Assembly (NCBI GenBank): GCA_009914755.4
Contig: CP086569.2
Location: forward strand, 22,496,001-22,560,000
DNA length: 64,000 bases
Reading direction: 5' to 3'
Origin: the human T2T-CHM13v2.0 reference genome, Homo sapiens
Shown here: piece by piece, positions 12,150-24,955 of the stretch
Layout of the letters: every line of letters starts with the position of its first letter
How positions within the stretch are numbered: the stretch's first letter is position 1
Translations under genes and position numbers: made by a program
Notes under the pieces: model-generated
What the model was told of the DNA's origin: nothing
The model's database searches: none
What the model saw: the letters and a program-made list of their open reading frames with translations, nothing else

Positions 12150-14665
12150 ACATTAAACACGGGATAGAAGTTGGGTGTTAGGGATAGGGGTTTACAATTG
12201 CAGAAGAAATGTTAGTGTTAGATTGAGGGTTAGGGCTGGGGTTGGGTTAGGGTCTAGTGTGGTAGGATTAGGGTTAGGGTTAGAATTAGGATTAGGGTCA
12301 GGGGTCAAGTTTAGTTTTAAGTTTAGGGCTAGAGTTAGAATCAGGTTTAGATGTTAGGTTAGGTTAGGTTTGGGATCAGGTTATGCTTAGGTTTAGGTTA
12401 AAAAACAGGCTTATACTTAGAGGTTACGAGCCAGGGTAGGTAGGGTTAGGTTCTAGGTTAGGGTCATGGCCAGGGTTGTGGTCAGTGTTATGAGTTAGAG
12501 TTAAGGTGAGGGTGAGGGTGAGGGTAATAGGGTTAGTGTGTTACTGTTAGGGTTAGGGCTTAGAGTTAGGGTTAGAATAAGGATAAGAATTCAGTTTAGG
12601 TTTTAGGGTTTGGGCTGAGGTTAGGGTTTCAGGTTAGTGTTAACGTTAGGGTTAATGTTTAGAGTTTAGGGTTAGTGTTTAGGGTTTAGGGATAGATTTA
12701 GGGTTATTGTATAGCATTTAGGGTTAGGGTTAAGGTTGCTTTAGGGTTAGGATAAGGGGTTACGGTGAGGCTTAGTGGTAGGTTTGGGTTAGGTTTAGGG
12801 TTGCAGTATAGGATTAGGGTTAAGTTTGGGTTTAGCATTTTCATTTATGCTTAGGGTTAGGGTTTATGCTTATGGTTAGGGTTAAATTCTGTTAGAATTA
12901 GGGGTTAGGGTTTATGTTTAGGCTTAGGGTCAGGGTTTAGGGTTAGGTTTACATTTAGGGTTGTATGTTTGGATTAAGGTTTGTGTTAGGGGTTACAGTT
13001 AGGTTTAGCCTTAGATTTATATTTAATGTTAGCTCTGTTCTATGATTAAGGTGAATTGTGAGGATTAAGGTAGGGTTTAGCATTTATGATTAAGTTTAGG
13101 TATAGGTTTAAAATGTTAGAAGGCTATTGTTAGAGTTATTATTAATTGTTAGGGTTATATCTAGGGTTTAGGGTGTATGGTTAGGGTTGATGTTAGCATT
13201 TAAGGTTTTGTGTTAGCATAGGGCTTGCTTTTAATTTTAGGGTTATGGTTATGATTATGTTACAATTATGATTAGGTTTATGTTCAGGTTTCTTGTTTGG
13301 TGTTTTGGTCTGGGTTAGAGTTTTTGTTTAGTTTGGGTTTGGAGTAGAGATAGGGTTAGGATTAGTGTTAGGGTTATGGGTTAGGGTTATCATTACCTGT
13401 TAGGGTTATTGTTTGAAGTTTAGGGTTTAGGGCATAGTGTTAATGGTTAGGGTTAAGGTTCAGCCTTAGATTTTGAGTTAGGGTTTAGGCTTAGGTCTAG
13501 TGGTCACCTTTGATTAGCGTTTGGGTCAGGGCCTTAGTTTGGCATTAGCGGTTAAAATTTAGATCTAGGTTGTATTGTTTTGGCTAGTTGTTACAGTCTT
13601 TACTAGGCTTAGTGTTTTATGGTTAGGGTTGTTGGTCAATTTGTGGTTGGTTTTGGGGTCACAGTTAGAGTCTGGGTCAGGGTTAGACCTCAGGGTTTGG
13701 GTAGTGTTATGGTTTTGTTAAGTGTTACGTTTATGTTCAGGGTTAGGGATTAGTGGTTACGGCTTGGATTGGGTTAGTGATAGGTTTCAGCATTTATAGT
13801 TACGGTTCGCATTGCAGTTGGGTAGGAATAGGATTTTAGGGTTAAAGTTAGGGTTAGTGTTTTAGCATCAGGGGTATAATTAAAGGGGAGATTTGAGGTT
13901 GGGGTTGTTGTAGGACTGGGGTAGATTTAGAGTTAGTGTTATCGTTTATGGTTAGAGTTCAGATTAGAGTTTATATGTTTGGGTTATGTTCAGTGTTAAG
14001 GTTAGTGTTACGGGGTTAGGGTTTGGATTATAATGTTACTGTTAGCTTTAGGATTTAGTTTAGGGTTAGGGTTAGTGTTTAGCATTAGTGTTAGTGTTTC
14101 AGTGTTAGCGTCAGGTATATATTTAAGTTTGTGTTAAGGTTGGCTTAGGGTCATGTTTAGTGTCAGTGTCATGCTCAGTTTTAGGATTATGTGTTAGAGT
14201 TAGTTTTGGGGTTACAATTAAGGGTCAAGATTGGATTTGGGCTTGGGGTTAGGGTTGGGGATAGGGTTGGAGTTGCAGTTGATGTTGTTCAATATATGGG
14301 TAGTGTTAGTGTCACTGTTTTAAGGTAGGGGTAGAGTAGGTTTAGAGTTAGTGTTAGGGGTAAAAGTAGGAGTTAGGGTTATGTGTTAGGTGTTAGAATT
14401 ACAATTTTAGGGTTAGGTTTTTTGTTTTAGGTTTAGGGTTAGGATTGAGTTTAGTTTAGGGTTAGGGTTTGGGTTAAAAGTTGGGATTTGGGTAGGTTTA
14501 GGGCTGGGGTATGTTTAGGATTGGGGATAGGTGTAGTGGTACATTTAAGTTTAGAGATATGGCTAGTTTTTGGTTTTGGTTGGGGTTAAGATTAGGGTTT
14601 TAGTTAGCATTTTAGGGTTATTTTTAGGGTTTAGTGTTAGTGGTTAGGGTTTGGATTAGATGTCT
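12150..14665 (+). repeat. Degenerate telomere-like (TTAGGG)n array, G-strand on plus strand (interstitial/subtelomeric-type)
   Basis: About 2.5 kb of hexamer-phased variants: gttagggttagggtt, ttagggc, tgaggg, ttaggt and similar. Perfect TTAGGG runs are short and divergence is high. Unique sequence continues on both sides. Confidence 0.9.
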
Positions 14666-14689
14666 TTTTCTGTCTCACTCATGTTCTCC

Positions 14690-15180
14690 AATGGACCAGT
14701 CATCACAGTTTTTCTGTCCTCAGAAGCCCATATGGACTTCAGACTTATTCAGACTTTGAAATAACTTCTCTTCATGGTGGAGTTACCAACTGTGGGCCTC
14801 CTCTCACTGAGACTTATACACTTACTGGGATTGCATGCCTGTAGAGAGATAGGTCTCCTCCTAACTAAGGGATGTAGAGACATCGCAACAACCTTCCTGC
14901 TCATAGAAGCTACCCACTGTGAATCTCCCCTCCACCAAGGGCTTCAGAGAAGTTTACACAACCTGTCTGTCTACTAAAATTTGTATCTGTGGGTCTCCTA
15001 TTTACTGAGTGTTGCACAGATGCAGGTATGTCCTCTTTGTAAAATGGAGTTACCCACTTTTTGTATCCTGAGATCTGTATCTTCACTCAATAAAGCATCT
15101 ATTTACCTTGGTTACTCTCCATTTTCCCACATATGTCATTCTTTCTGGACATGGGACAAGAACTCAGGATCCTCTTAATG
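14690..15180 (+). mobile_element. Possible LTR-like fragment with polyadenylation signal (family unrecognised)
   Basis: '...tcttcactcaataaagcatctatttaccttggttactctcc...' has an AATAAA followed by a CA/GT-like R-U5 organisation. Confidence 0.25.
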
Positions 15181-16449
15181 ACACAACTAAAAGTATAGTA
15201 ACAGAAACGGGATTAAAACACTCCAACCCACACTTGCCACATTGTTAGCAGAATTGTTTTTACAAAAAGGATTAGAAGGGCTTAACCCTTTGAGAAGCCT
15301 AGACCTAAACATGTTCAAAGACAGAACTGTGACACCATCTCTGGGGCTCTCCAGTTTCTGGCATTTCTAAGTTTTTGGATGACACTGCATTCTCCAGTGC
15401 CTATGGAGGAAACAGCTTGTGGTATGCCTGATTCAGCCAAAGACTTGCAGGGTGTTGGCACCTGTTCTAGCACTTGTATCAGCTCACCTTATCACAGACA
15501 GTTTGTTTAGCTGTGTACAGTGGCTGGACTCAACAGTCACTCAGGTACCTCTCTCTACTCTGTGTCTGGCTCACCCACAGCAGGAATAGAATCTGAGCTG
15601 ATAGTTTCAGCTAAACACAGCCTGTCAAGCTGAGTCAGTAAAATTAGCTCTGCAACCCCAAGAGAAACTTGGGCAATGCTGCCACCATCCACAGAGATTT
15701 TTGGCTTGAGAAGCAACAGCCTAGAGATACTGTGACAAAAGTAAGATTGTTCACCTGTGGCCAGTAGATTATTCCATCATGCCTATGTAATGAAGCCTCA
15801 ATAAAAATCCAAGAGGACAGGCTTCAGAGAGCTCTGGATAGATAAACTTATAGAGTTTTCTAGAAAATTGTGAGCACATAAAATCAGACACCGATAATTT
15901 TAAATGTCAATGATAATATAAGTGTTTTTCCTTTATTTTGAAAGAAGTTTCAGCATTTGACTATGTGTTCAGAATTTTAACTTATTAAGTAGTACCTATT
16001 CCAAGTTAACCTAACAACTACACATTATAAACATAAAAACTTAAATATTTCCACCTAAATGTTTCTATGATTCACTAATACTACACAAGTTTTGTTTAGA
16101 TAGTGGTTTCTTCATGTTAACCGGGTAAGAACTAGAAACTTATGAAAGAAATTAAAATAAATTGATATCTCAACATGAATTCTAACCATGTGTTCGGTTT
16201 AGAAGTTTGTCTCTCTGAGTTATTTGTGACTTTGTAAAGTCAAAGGCATTGGCTTAGATGTTTCTGTGTCTCTATTTGGGGGAGGGGAGCAGAGAGTGCC
16301 TCACAAAGCATTAGACTCTGCATTCTACGATATAAACAACAAACATTCTTACAGGCTTTTCTGTCATCCAAATCTAATAAAAGACAAGTTTTATCTTTTA
16401 TATAGTAGTAGCCATAAATAAAAATTAGTGCTTTAAAGAACAGTCTAGT

Positions 16450-18277
16450 GCTCACCAGTCTGCTGTTATATTAGGGCTTATATGGGCATAAAATAATAAC
16501 ATTTGGGCCAAGTAGCTGTTTTATTATTTATTTTAAAGGTAGAGTGCTTAAAATGCCTTGATAATATTAAATAAATATCTTGTACATTTCCAGTTCTCAT
16601 TTCAAGCTTTAGCTATGGGTAATATTGTTTGGGGCTATTAAGATAGATTAGGGCATCTTGGAGCTAATTATGTATTCTGCTGAGCTCAATCCTTCTGTCC
16701 TGAGCAGACAGACTGGCACATGCTTTAACATGGATTCTATCCCTTGTGCTGAGCCCCAGATTTTCTTTAGCACTTCACACACTCTCACATTGGCCTGTTT
16801 CATCTCCATCATAACATTACAGTGAACAAGAGTGTTACATTCCTTTAGCAAAACTGGATTACATGAGGCAAGCTCCTTAATAGGGATCCTAACCTCTTGG
16901 GTGAAAGTTGCAGCCCAAGACACCTGAGGGACCAGGCCTTTGGCACATGCATTTCATGCTGTCGGCTTTCACCAACCAATCAACATTTCATTGGAAGATG
17001 CTCCACCCATCATCTTGGGAAATGTGATGGTAGAACAGCCCCCTGGACTCTGTCTAAAGGTTGTACAAGTGGTGTGAAACAAAGCCTTTTCTTTACCTCA
17101 AACCAAATCACAAAAAGCATTATAGATGCACCTAGTCCAATGCCTGGGCTACTGGCTGGTACAATAGTCTTCGTAAACAGAGTGAAAGTATTCACAAAGT
17201 TCTTGATGGTGACCACCATTTCAATGCTTGCTCTGTTTCTGTCATTTCTTAAATGCACACAAAATCAAGACCACAGCAAAAGGCACTGCCAGCTACACTG
17301 AGCAGCATGAGCTTGCTGTCATTCCCAGTGGCCATATTCAGAGAATTCTCAATTTCTTTCATTACTTCTTTATTTAGTGAGTTTTTCTCTGTTGATCTAG
17401 TTGATAGCAACATCTGGTGAAGCCATCCTCTTTCCTCACCACAATGTCTCTAAACCTGCTGGCACTTTCTGTTAGCCTTATGGAGAAATACATCCTTTTG
17501 ATAAAAGGCTGATTTTTTTCATCATCAATTGTCTTTCTTTGCCCAACTCTCACCCTTGGAACACATATATACATGTTTCTTGTTCCATTGGCTGTTAGTG
17601 GATCCATTAATTCCAGTGTACCTTCCTTATTACCTGAGCCTGTGGCCATGGAAGTAGTAATTGAGCCAGACAGCTGAGACATTAGTGGGTGTATCTGGGG
17701 CCACTTCGCTCTTCCAGCCTGGTTTGCACCAAGATCTGCTAAAGCTCTGATGGGCTTCTCTGATGCCACCTTGTGCACTGACATGTCCTGCGAATCTGGT
17801 GCAACAGGGTCCAGTTTCTCAGGTTCATGAAAGCCATTCTCGGTGTTTTTGCTGTTAACAGTCTCAGAATTGCAAATGTCTTGATAGTTGAATTTACCAG
17901 CTCCATATTTTTGGGTTGGAGAGAGGTGAAGCTGCATTTTCCTAACGTTCTGGCTGGCAGCAAACGACTGGCTGTTTTTGGATTTGTGATGTTTACCTGT
18001 CATTTTTTTATGAGAGTTCTTAGAAAAGTTGGCGTTCGTAGACCTGGAAGTTCCTTTTTCTGACATTGATTGAAAAAGTTCTACCTGTTCTTGTCAGTAT
18101 ACTTTTTTTCTGATTTTTAGTCATCTCTTGTAGTCATAAATACATTTACCGCAGTTCACGAGGTCCTGCTCTGGTTCCCAAGTGTCAGCCTTTTCATTGA
18201 ACCAAATACTCTGTCTTCCCTTTTATGTCTTGCCTTTTGTCAATAATAGTTCAAACTTCAACCTCCTGGGTAGCCAT
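16450..18277 (-). pseudogene. CDY-family (chromodomain Y-like) intronless retropseudogene: chromodomain, linker and enoyl-CoA hydratase-like domain, with frameshifts and stops
   Basis: Minus-strand translations show three CDY/CDYL matches. (1) 'MATQEVEV*TIIDKRQDIKGKTEYLVQ*KG' corresponds to the CDY chromodomain start 'MASQEFEVEAIVDKRQDKNGNTQYLVRWKGY'. (2) '...QIHPLMSQLSGSITTSMATGS...DPLTANGT...NQPFIKRMYFSIRLTESASRFRDIVVRKEDGFT' matches the linker. (3) 'HLRNDRNRASIEMVVTIKNFVNTFTLF...GIGLGASI' and 'TFTQEVRIPIKELASCNPVLLKECNTLVHCNVMMEMKQANVRVCEVLKKIWGSAQGIESMLK' match the crotonase-like C-terminal domain. Confidence 0.85.
17374..18066 (-). CDS. 230-codon open reading frame inside the CDY pseudogene (relic ORF, probably non-functional)
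   Basis: Uninterrupted ATG-to-stop ORF. Its N- and C-terminal parts are in the ancestral CDY frame, but the middle (~aa 45-85) is out of frame relative to CDY: the CDY-like 'KNMELVNSTIKTFA' is read in an overlapping frame (ORF 17739-17963). Two compensating indels therefore keep it open. Weak Kozak context. Confidence 0.3.
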   Translation of the reverse strand: MSEKGTSRSTNANFSKNSHKKMTGKHHKSKNSQSFAASQNVRKMQLHLSPTQKYGAGKFNYQDICNSETVNSKNTENGFHEPEKLDPVAPDSQDMSVHKVASEKPIRALADLGANQAGRAKWPQIHPLMSQLSGSITTSMATGSGNKEGTLELMDPLTANGTRNMYICVPRVRVGQRKTIDDEKNQPFIKRMYFSIRLTESASRFRDIVVRKEDGFTRCCYQLDQQRKTH

Positions 18278-18793
18278 GAAGAAAGAGACAGGATTGAGGC
18301 AGTTGCTGTGGCAACTTTGTTTCAGTTCAGTCTCCACATAGTCCCTGCTTTCTGCCTCCAGTGCTTCATCAGGCCCTGGGTATGGATGAGTCTCTTCCAC
18401 TACATGACCACTGGCATAGTAAAAGTTGTGGGAAGAAGCAGCTATGCTATGTGCCTCAGGCTCTCCACATTTACTCCATGGTGGGACAGCTCAGGCTTCT
18501 GTTCAAGGTGCCAAGATGGCTGGCTAGGTAGCGTCTGGTAAGACCAACTAAATCCACAGCTCCTTCTCACGGATGTAGTGCAGAAAGCTTTCTACCTGCC
18601 TGTTCTCTTTCCTTTGTAGTTGCTATGATGATTATATTGAACATCCTAAAGTTATAACACGTTCAAAGTCACGTTAGTTTACTTTCAGTAACACATGAAA
18701 CCCCTACTCATTTATAGCACAACCCCCATTATTTCACTTGTTGATTTCTCAAAATTATACCTTTATGCATTGTATTGTCAAAAACACAAGCAA

Positions 18794-19143
<350 letters not shown>

Positions 19144-19144
19144 A

Positions 19145-19456
19145 GGCCAAGAGCGGTGGTTCACTCTTGTAATCGCTGCACTTCTGGAGGATGAAGAGGG
19201 TGGATTGCGAGGTCAGGAGATTCAGACCATCCTGGCTAACATGGTAAAACCCTGTCTCTATGAAAAATATAGTAGGGCGTGGTGGCTAAGCTATTCGTGG
19301 TGGTTAAGCTGGTAGCCCAGCTACTCAGGATGCTGAGGCAGGAGAATGGTGTGAACCCGGGAGGCAGAACTTGCAGTGAGTTTAGATCTGGCCACTGCAC
19401 TGCAGCCTGGGCGAGAGAGGGAGACTCCATCTCAAAAAAAAAAAAAAAAAAAAAAA
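19145..19456 (+). mobile_element. Alu (second)
   Basis: 'ggccaagagcggtggttcactcttgtaatcgctgcacttctggagg...gcctgggcgagagagggagactccatctcaaaaaaa'. Confidence 0.85.
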
Positions 19457-19790
19457 GAGCCGGGCACGGTGGCTCATGCCTGTAATCCCAGCACTTTGGG
19501 AGGGTGAGGTGGGCGGATCACCAGGTCAGAAAATCGACACCATCCTGGCTAACACGGTGAAAACCCCGTCTCTACTAAAAGTACAAAAAATTAGCCAGGC
19601 ATGGTGGTGGGCGCTTCTAGTCCTAGCTACTCGGGAGGCTGAGACAGGAGAATGGAATGAACCTGGGAGGTGGAGCTTTCAGTGAGCTGAGATGGCGCCA
19701 CTGCTCTCCAGCCTGGGCGACAGAGCGAGACTCCGTCTCAAAAAAAAAAAAAAAGAAAAAAGAAAAAGAAAAAAATTCACTTTTTTTTTT
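19457..19790 (+). mobile_element. Alu (third; AluY/S-like)
   Basis: 'gagccgggcacggtggctcatgcctgtaatcccagcactttgggagggtgaggtgggcggatcac...gacagagcgagactccgtctcaaaaaaa'. Confidence 0.9.
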
Positions 19791-20199
19791 TTTAATAAAA
19801 TTGTATTGTCGATTATGTGGAGAGCAAATTACGGAGATGCACATTGTTAATTTTTTCTCTTTTATAATTGTTCACGTATTTATCTTTACCGTAATCTTTA
19901 TTTATACTGCTGTTTAGCATCCTTTCATTTTATCCTGAAATACTCCATAAAACATTTCTTAAAGGGTTATCTAAAAAGACCCCAGCTTATATCTAGGAAT
20001 GTCATAATTTTTCCCTCACGTTTGATGGACTTTATTTGGACATAAGATTTGTGTTTGAAAGTCTTTTCTTACATTACTTGGAAAATATTAGTCTACTGCC
20101 TTCTGGACTCTGAGTTTTTAGATAAGAAATCTGCTGATTATTTTTCAGGGTTCTTTTTACATGACTAGTCACTTCTCTTGCTGCTTTCAAGGTTCTCTT

Positions 20200-21100
20200 T
20201 GTCTTTGTTTTAGACAGTGTAATTATCATGTAAGTTTGAGTGTGTCTCTTTGAGTTTGTCTTAATTAGAGTTTGTTGATCTTCCTAGGTGTTTATTTCCT
20301 CAAATGTGTTATATTCTTGCCCACTGTATCTTTAGACTCCCTGTTTCTTGGTCTCTTCTCTTTGAACTTTCAAAATGAATAAGTAGGTCTTCTTGATGGT
20401 GTCCTACTGGATCTAGGCTGTGTTCGCATTTCTTTATTTCTTTTTCTCTTTCTGACTTAATAATTTCAACTGCCATTTTTCTAGGTTTGCCAACATTTTG
20501 TTCTTTTATCTGCTCAAGTCTCCTTTTAAATGTATGTAGAAAATTTCTATGTCATTTGTTTTCCTTTCCAGGTCCAGAATTTTTTCTTAGTTTTAAAAAT
20601 AAGTTTATTCTCTCTTTATTAACATTTTTTGTTCATGAATTTCTTTGTTTTGGAAGGTCGAGGCAGGAGAATCATTTTGTTTATTCTAGTAGCTTCCTAA
20701 GGACATTAATTTTTAAAATTATTTTTTAGTAAGCCTGCCATTTGAGCTTTCTAGGAAAAGCTTCTGTTAGTGATTTTTTTTTCTTAGGATGATCCATACT
20801 TTCTTATTTCACTTTTTGCTTTGTGATTTTGTTGGTGTTGAAAACAAATCTTAAAATGCTGAAACTTTGAAAATCAGATTTTCTCCCTCTGTGGTTTGCT
20901 AGGGTTTTTTTAATTCCTCATGTCGGTTATTTCTGTCCTGGCAGTCAGTCTTACTCAACTTATTCTTGGGTCTTTCTTGAGCCTGCACCATTTTGGGGCA
21001 CATGTGCTTAACAACAAATTTTATTCTAAAGTTTCATGTACATATGTTTTCTTTTTAATGTTTTTGTCCATAATTGTCTGGTCTCTTAAGATAAAAAAAA
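20200..21100 (-). mobile_element. Probable ancient LINE-1 fragment, antisense
   Basis: AT-rich sequence that reads like the reverse complement of the L1 ORF1/ORF2 junction region ('ttctctttctgacttaataatttcaactgccatttttctagg...'). Diverged. Confidence 0.35.
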
Positions 21101-24100
21101 GAAAAATTAGAAAAAAAATGCATTGGCTCTTTAAATCTTCTGAAAGTTGCTTGAGGAGGAGGAGGAAAAGCCTGCAAAAGGTTTGGGGAATGAAATCATG
21201 ACTTTTTCCCTGTGTCAGGACTGCCATAATCAGAAGCAGCAATTGGTGCCCAAGTCTTCCTGAGATTTGGAGGACTGAGTTCTTTTTGTTTATCCTGGCT
21301 CTTGCCAGCTGCTCCAGAAGTAGTCGCAAGGTAGCACACCACTGCGGTAGCTAATGAAAAATAAATAGCTGCTGGTGATCTACGCTATAAAAATGATCAA
21401 ATTTAATTGCTGTTTACTGTACAAATCTTCTTTTAGAAACTGTATACTTTCAGATAGACTCTGGAGTTCCAAACTAATTGCATCATACCGATTCTGCCAC
21501 TTGAAGAAACAGATATATAGTGCTCTATAGTCCAGTCATTCTTTTCCCAGAAGCTGTGTCATTTTACTTTGAATCTCCATGTTTTTTCACCTAAAGTAAT
21601 ACTTGCATAGAAATCGTGTAAGTAAATCCTTCTTTAAACGCGCTTTTTTGACATTCTTTGCCCTTTTCATGCAAGAGCTCATATTTAAAGTTATTACAAA
21701 TAAAAAAATGCATACTCTAACATTTACTTACTTGTTTTCCATATTTTCTGTATCACATTTGATCCTCAATTCCTCCATTGATCATTTCAAAAATATGATT
21801 TTTAAAAATTTATTCTTTTCAGTATTTTTATATTACAATTAGTTGTATTTGGGACTTCATGTAATATTCTACACATAAAATCGCCTACTTTGAAGAATGT
21901 TAACTCAATTGAATGATCTAAAATTTAATTTTAACAATAAAAAAATGCTACTCTTGGGCTTTTCTATCCTTCTCAATTTATATTATTGTTCCAGATTATA
22001 TCTGTATGCACTGAGTGCCCATTAAAATAGATTTGTATTTTTTAATGTAGTAGCTGCCTAGCAGAAGTATAATAGTATTAGATAACTTTGCCAGTGTGGT
22101 AATAGTAATACTATTTTTCTTAGAGAAGGGTTAGTTACACATTCCTTTAGCTTTTATCTAGGCATTTTTTGCTTGCATATTATATTGCCAGTTATATATT
22201 TTATTCATATCTCCAAAGTGTTTTCTTAGTTATTGAAAGCTTAGCATGCGTTCCATTAGCATTTTTAATAAGAGCAATATAAAAACTATCATAAAAAACA
22301 GAATCTGTATTAACTGATTGTCTGTTGTATGAGATAACTGTATTCTTTTCTCTCAACGTCGTAAAGATATGTGACCAATTCTTGGTATTTTCAACCAAGA
22401 GTGAGTTCTTAGTTAGGCAAAACAAAAATAAATGTGTTTTATCAATTCGTCATTTATCTCCTAGGAAGACTAGAAAAAACACAGTAAATTAGCACATAAA
22501 GGCTTCTTAACTCCTCCCTGAATCAGGAATCTGGGCCTCAAATTAAAAATATAAATTTCAGTTTAGAAGGCTTCATCTGTGCCAGGGAGGCAGTATGGCA
22601 ATCCAAAAATAAATTTATAATTTTAAAATTGTCTCCCTTGATTGCTTAGTTGATAGCAACTGTTGATTTCCAGGGTCCAGACACTTTTTTATTGGTTTGA
22701 TATTTCTTTGAATGGTTTGAAGCTGTCTTCTCTGTAGTTTTGCTTTCATTTTTATTTGTAAAGCACTGATTGTTTTCTAATCTCAGAGTTTATTTTTATT
22801 TAGGAGATCTATATTTTTGTCCAATAACAATGTTATTTAAAATAGTTTCATTGAATATTACACCTCTAATTTGGGATCCTAGATGTTTTGTTTTTGTTTT
22901 AGTAGTTACAGTATAAAGTTTTTGTTTGCATTTAATTAATTGAGTTTATCAATTCCATATACAATGCATGAGGCAAGACTCTCTATTATAAAGTACATTT
23001 TGGTTTTATGTAAAACAAGTATAATTTGTTTCGAAAGTGACTTGCAAGTACATATCTAAATAAAATAATAAGAGAATAATCATGTAAGTATGTAGGAAGA
23101 TCGACAAGCATGATGATTTCTGGCAGAGTCCTGCTTAGATTGTTTGCAATACAGCGAGGTCACTGTGGTTGGAGCAGTTACCTTGGAAGGGGAATGATTA
23201 TAAATGGTAAGACCATCGAGACGACAGACAGTCCGGGGTGATTGTCCAGGGTTTCTGTAGGTCAGTAGATTTAAGTTTAGTTTTACTTTATGCCTGGTTG
23301 ATGACTGGAAGTGGAATTGGTAAGGTTGTTACTAGCGTCTGGTGCTGAAAGGCTAGAAATGCTGCTAAATATCTTAAAATCTAGAGTCTTAGGCATCTTT
23401 GAGATATTAACAGTGTTGAAACATCTCTCCAGAAAATTGTAAAAAAATAAACACACTTTCAGAACACTTTGATTTTATATTTTCAAGATTTCTTAACTCA
23501 ATTTTTGCTTTCTGTAAATAAGAAGGATTTTAGGAAGTTTTTTAAAGTTCAGTTGATTCACGGTTGGGTAAGTGTTAGTGAAGTCAGTTCAGTTAATCAA
23601 TGGTTAGAAACTAAAGCATATATTTCCTTTTCTCCCCTTTTCTTTCCCATTACTTTTTAAATATTTCCATAAAATGCTAATATAGCAAAATAAAACCCTA
23701 GGCCACGTCTGTTTTGGGGAACCAAGAGAGAAAACTCAATCAGCGGCTTTTAGGATAGAACTAATCTTGACTACAGCTGGAAGACATACATAATGCACAT
23801 GCACACATGTGCACTGGCACACTCCTATTCATCCACATTTTGCATATTTGTCATAAGACAAATATTAAATGTGTCTTATTCATGAAAGTTGTAAGATATT
23901 ACAATAAGCAAGCCAAATGAAAACTAAGATTTCAAAGATTATTGCCAGTGTTGGAGAAATCTTGCTTTTGCTAAAGTTGTTGGCTTAATACTCAAGTATC
24001 TTCTACTGTTTAATAAATTACTTGATAGAAGTTTGTATAGTGGGCATCTTTGATCACAATTACTTATGCTCTGTCTTGTTGTAAAATAACCCAAAATAAA

Positions 24101-24671
24101 TAGTTTCAGAAAAATTTACATTAGAAAATAAGAGAAAATAAAACAAATGAATGAGAAAATTGCTGTAATATAAAAAATGTGGAATATGAAAAAATATATA
24201 TTAAGAGAAATCCAAAAAGGAGGTTCATTCATACAATGTAAAATCTTTTCTGTTTGAATAAAAATTAGTTTCAGAACCTTAGCAGCTAGCAGCAACATGG
24301 TAGTTAACCTCATGTGTAATGCTCAATTAGTTGTATATGGAGCACAAAATGTATGAGGAGTTTATTAAGTATTAACTCTCACATGATCACAATAGGCTAC
24401 CTGCAAGCTGAGGAGCAAGGAGAGCCAGTTTGAGTCCCAAAACTGAAGAACTTGGACCTCAATGTAAAAGGGGAGGAAGCATCCAGCATGGGAGAATGAT
24501 GTAGGCGTGGAGCTAGGCTCCTGTCTGCTTTTCACATTTTTCTGCCTGCTATATATTCACTATAAGTTGATTAGATTATGCCCACTAGATTAAGGTGGAT
24601 CTGCCTTCTTCAGCCCACTTACTCAAATGTTAATTTTTCTGGGGGGACCACCCAATAGACACACACAAGAT

Positions 24672-24955
24672 TAATACTCTGGCACTTTGGGAGGCCGAGG
24701 CGGGCGTATCACGAGGTCAGGAGATCGAGACCATCCTGGCTAACACGGTGAAACCCCGTCTCTACTAAAAATACAAAAAATTAGCCGGGCGAGGTGGCGG
24801 GCGCCTGTAGTCCCAGCTACTCGGGAGGCTGAGGCAGGAGAATGGCGTGAACCCCAGGGGGCGGAGCCTGCAGTGAGCCGAGATTGCGCCACTGCACTCC
24901 AGCCTGGGCGACAGCGAGACTCCGTCTCAAAAAAAAAAAAAAAAAAAAAGAAGAT
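24672..24955 (+). mobile_element. Alu (5'-truncated AluY-like)
   Basis: 'ctggcactttgggaggccgaggcgggcgtatcacgaggtcaggagatcgagaccatcctggctaacacggtgaaaccccgtctc...' with A-tail. Confidence 0.9.

Noticed and set aside
12150-14665. True telomere / chromosome end or head-to-head fusion site
   Set aside because: Repeats are highly degenerate, in a single orientation only, and unique sequence continues for ~50 kb distal to the array.
17374-18066. 230-codon ORF as a functional single-exon gene
   Set aside because: It is the linker region of a CDY pseudogene kept open by compensating frameshifts: the ancestral-frame residues KNMELVNSTIKTFA are read in a different overlapping frame. The flanking chromodomain and ECH domains are broken, and Kozak context is weak. 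Kept only as a relic ORF.
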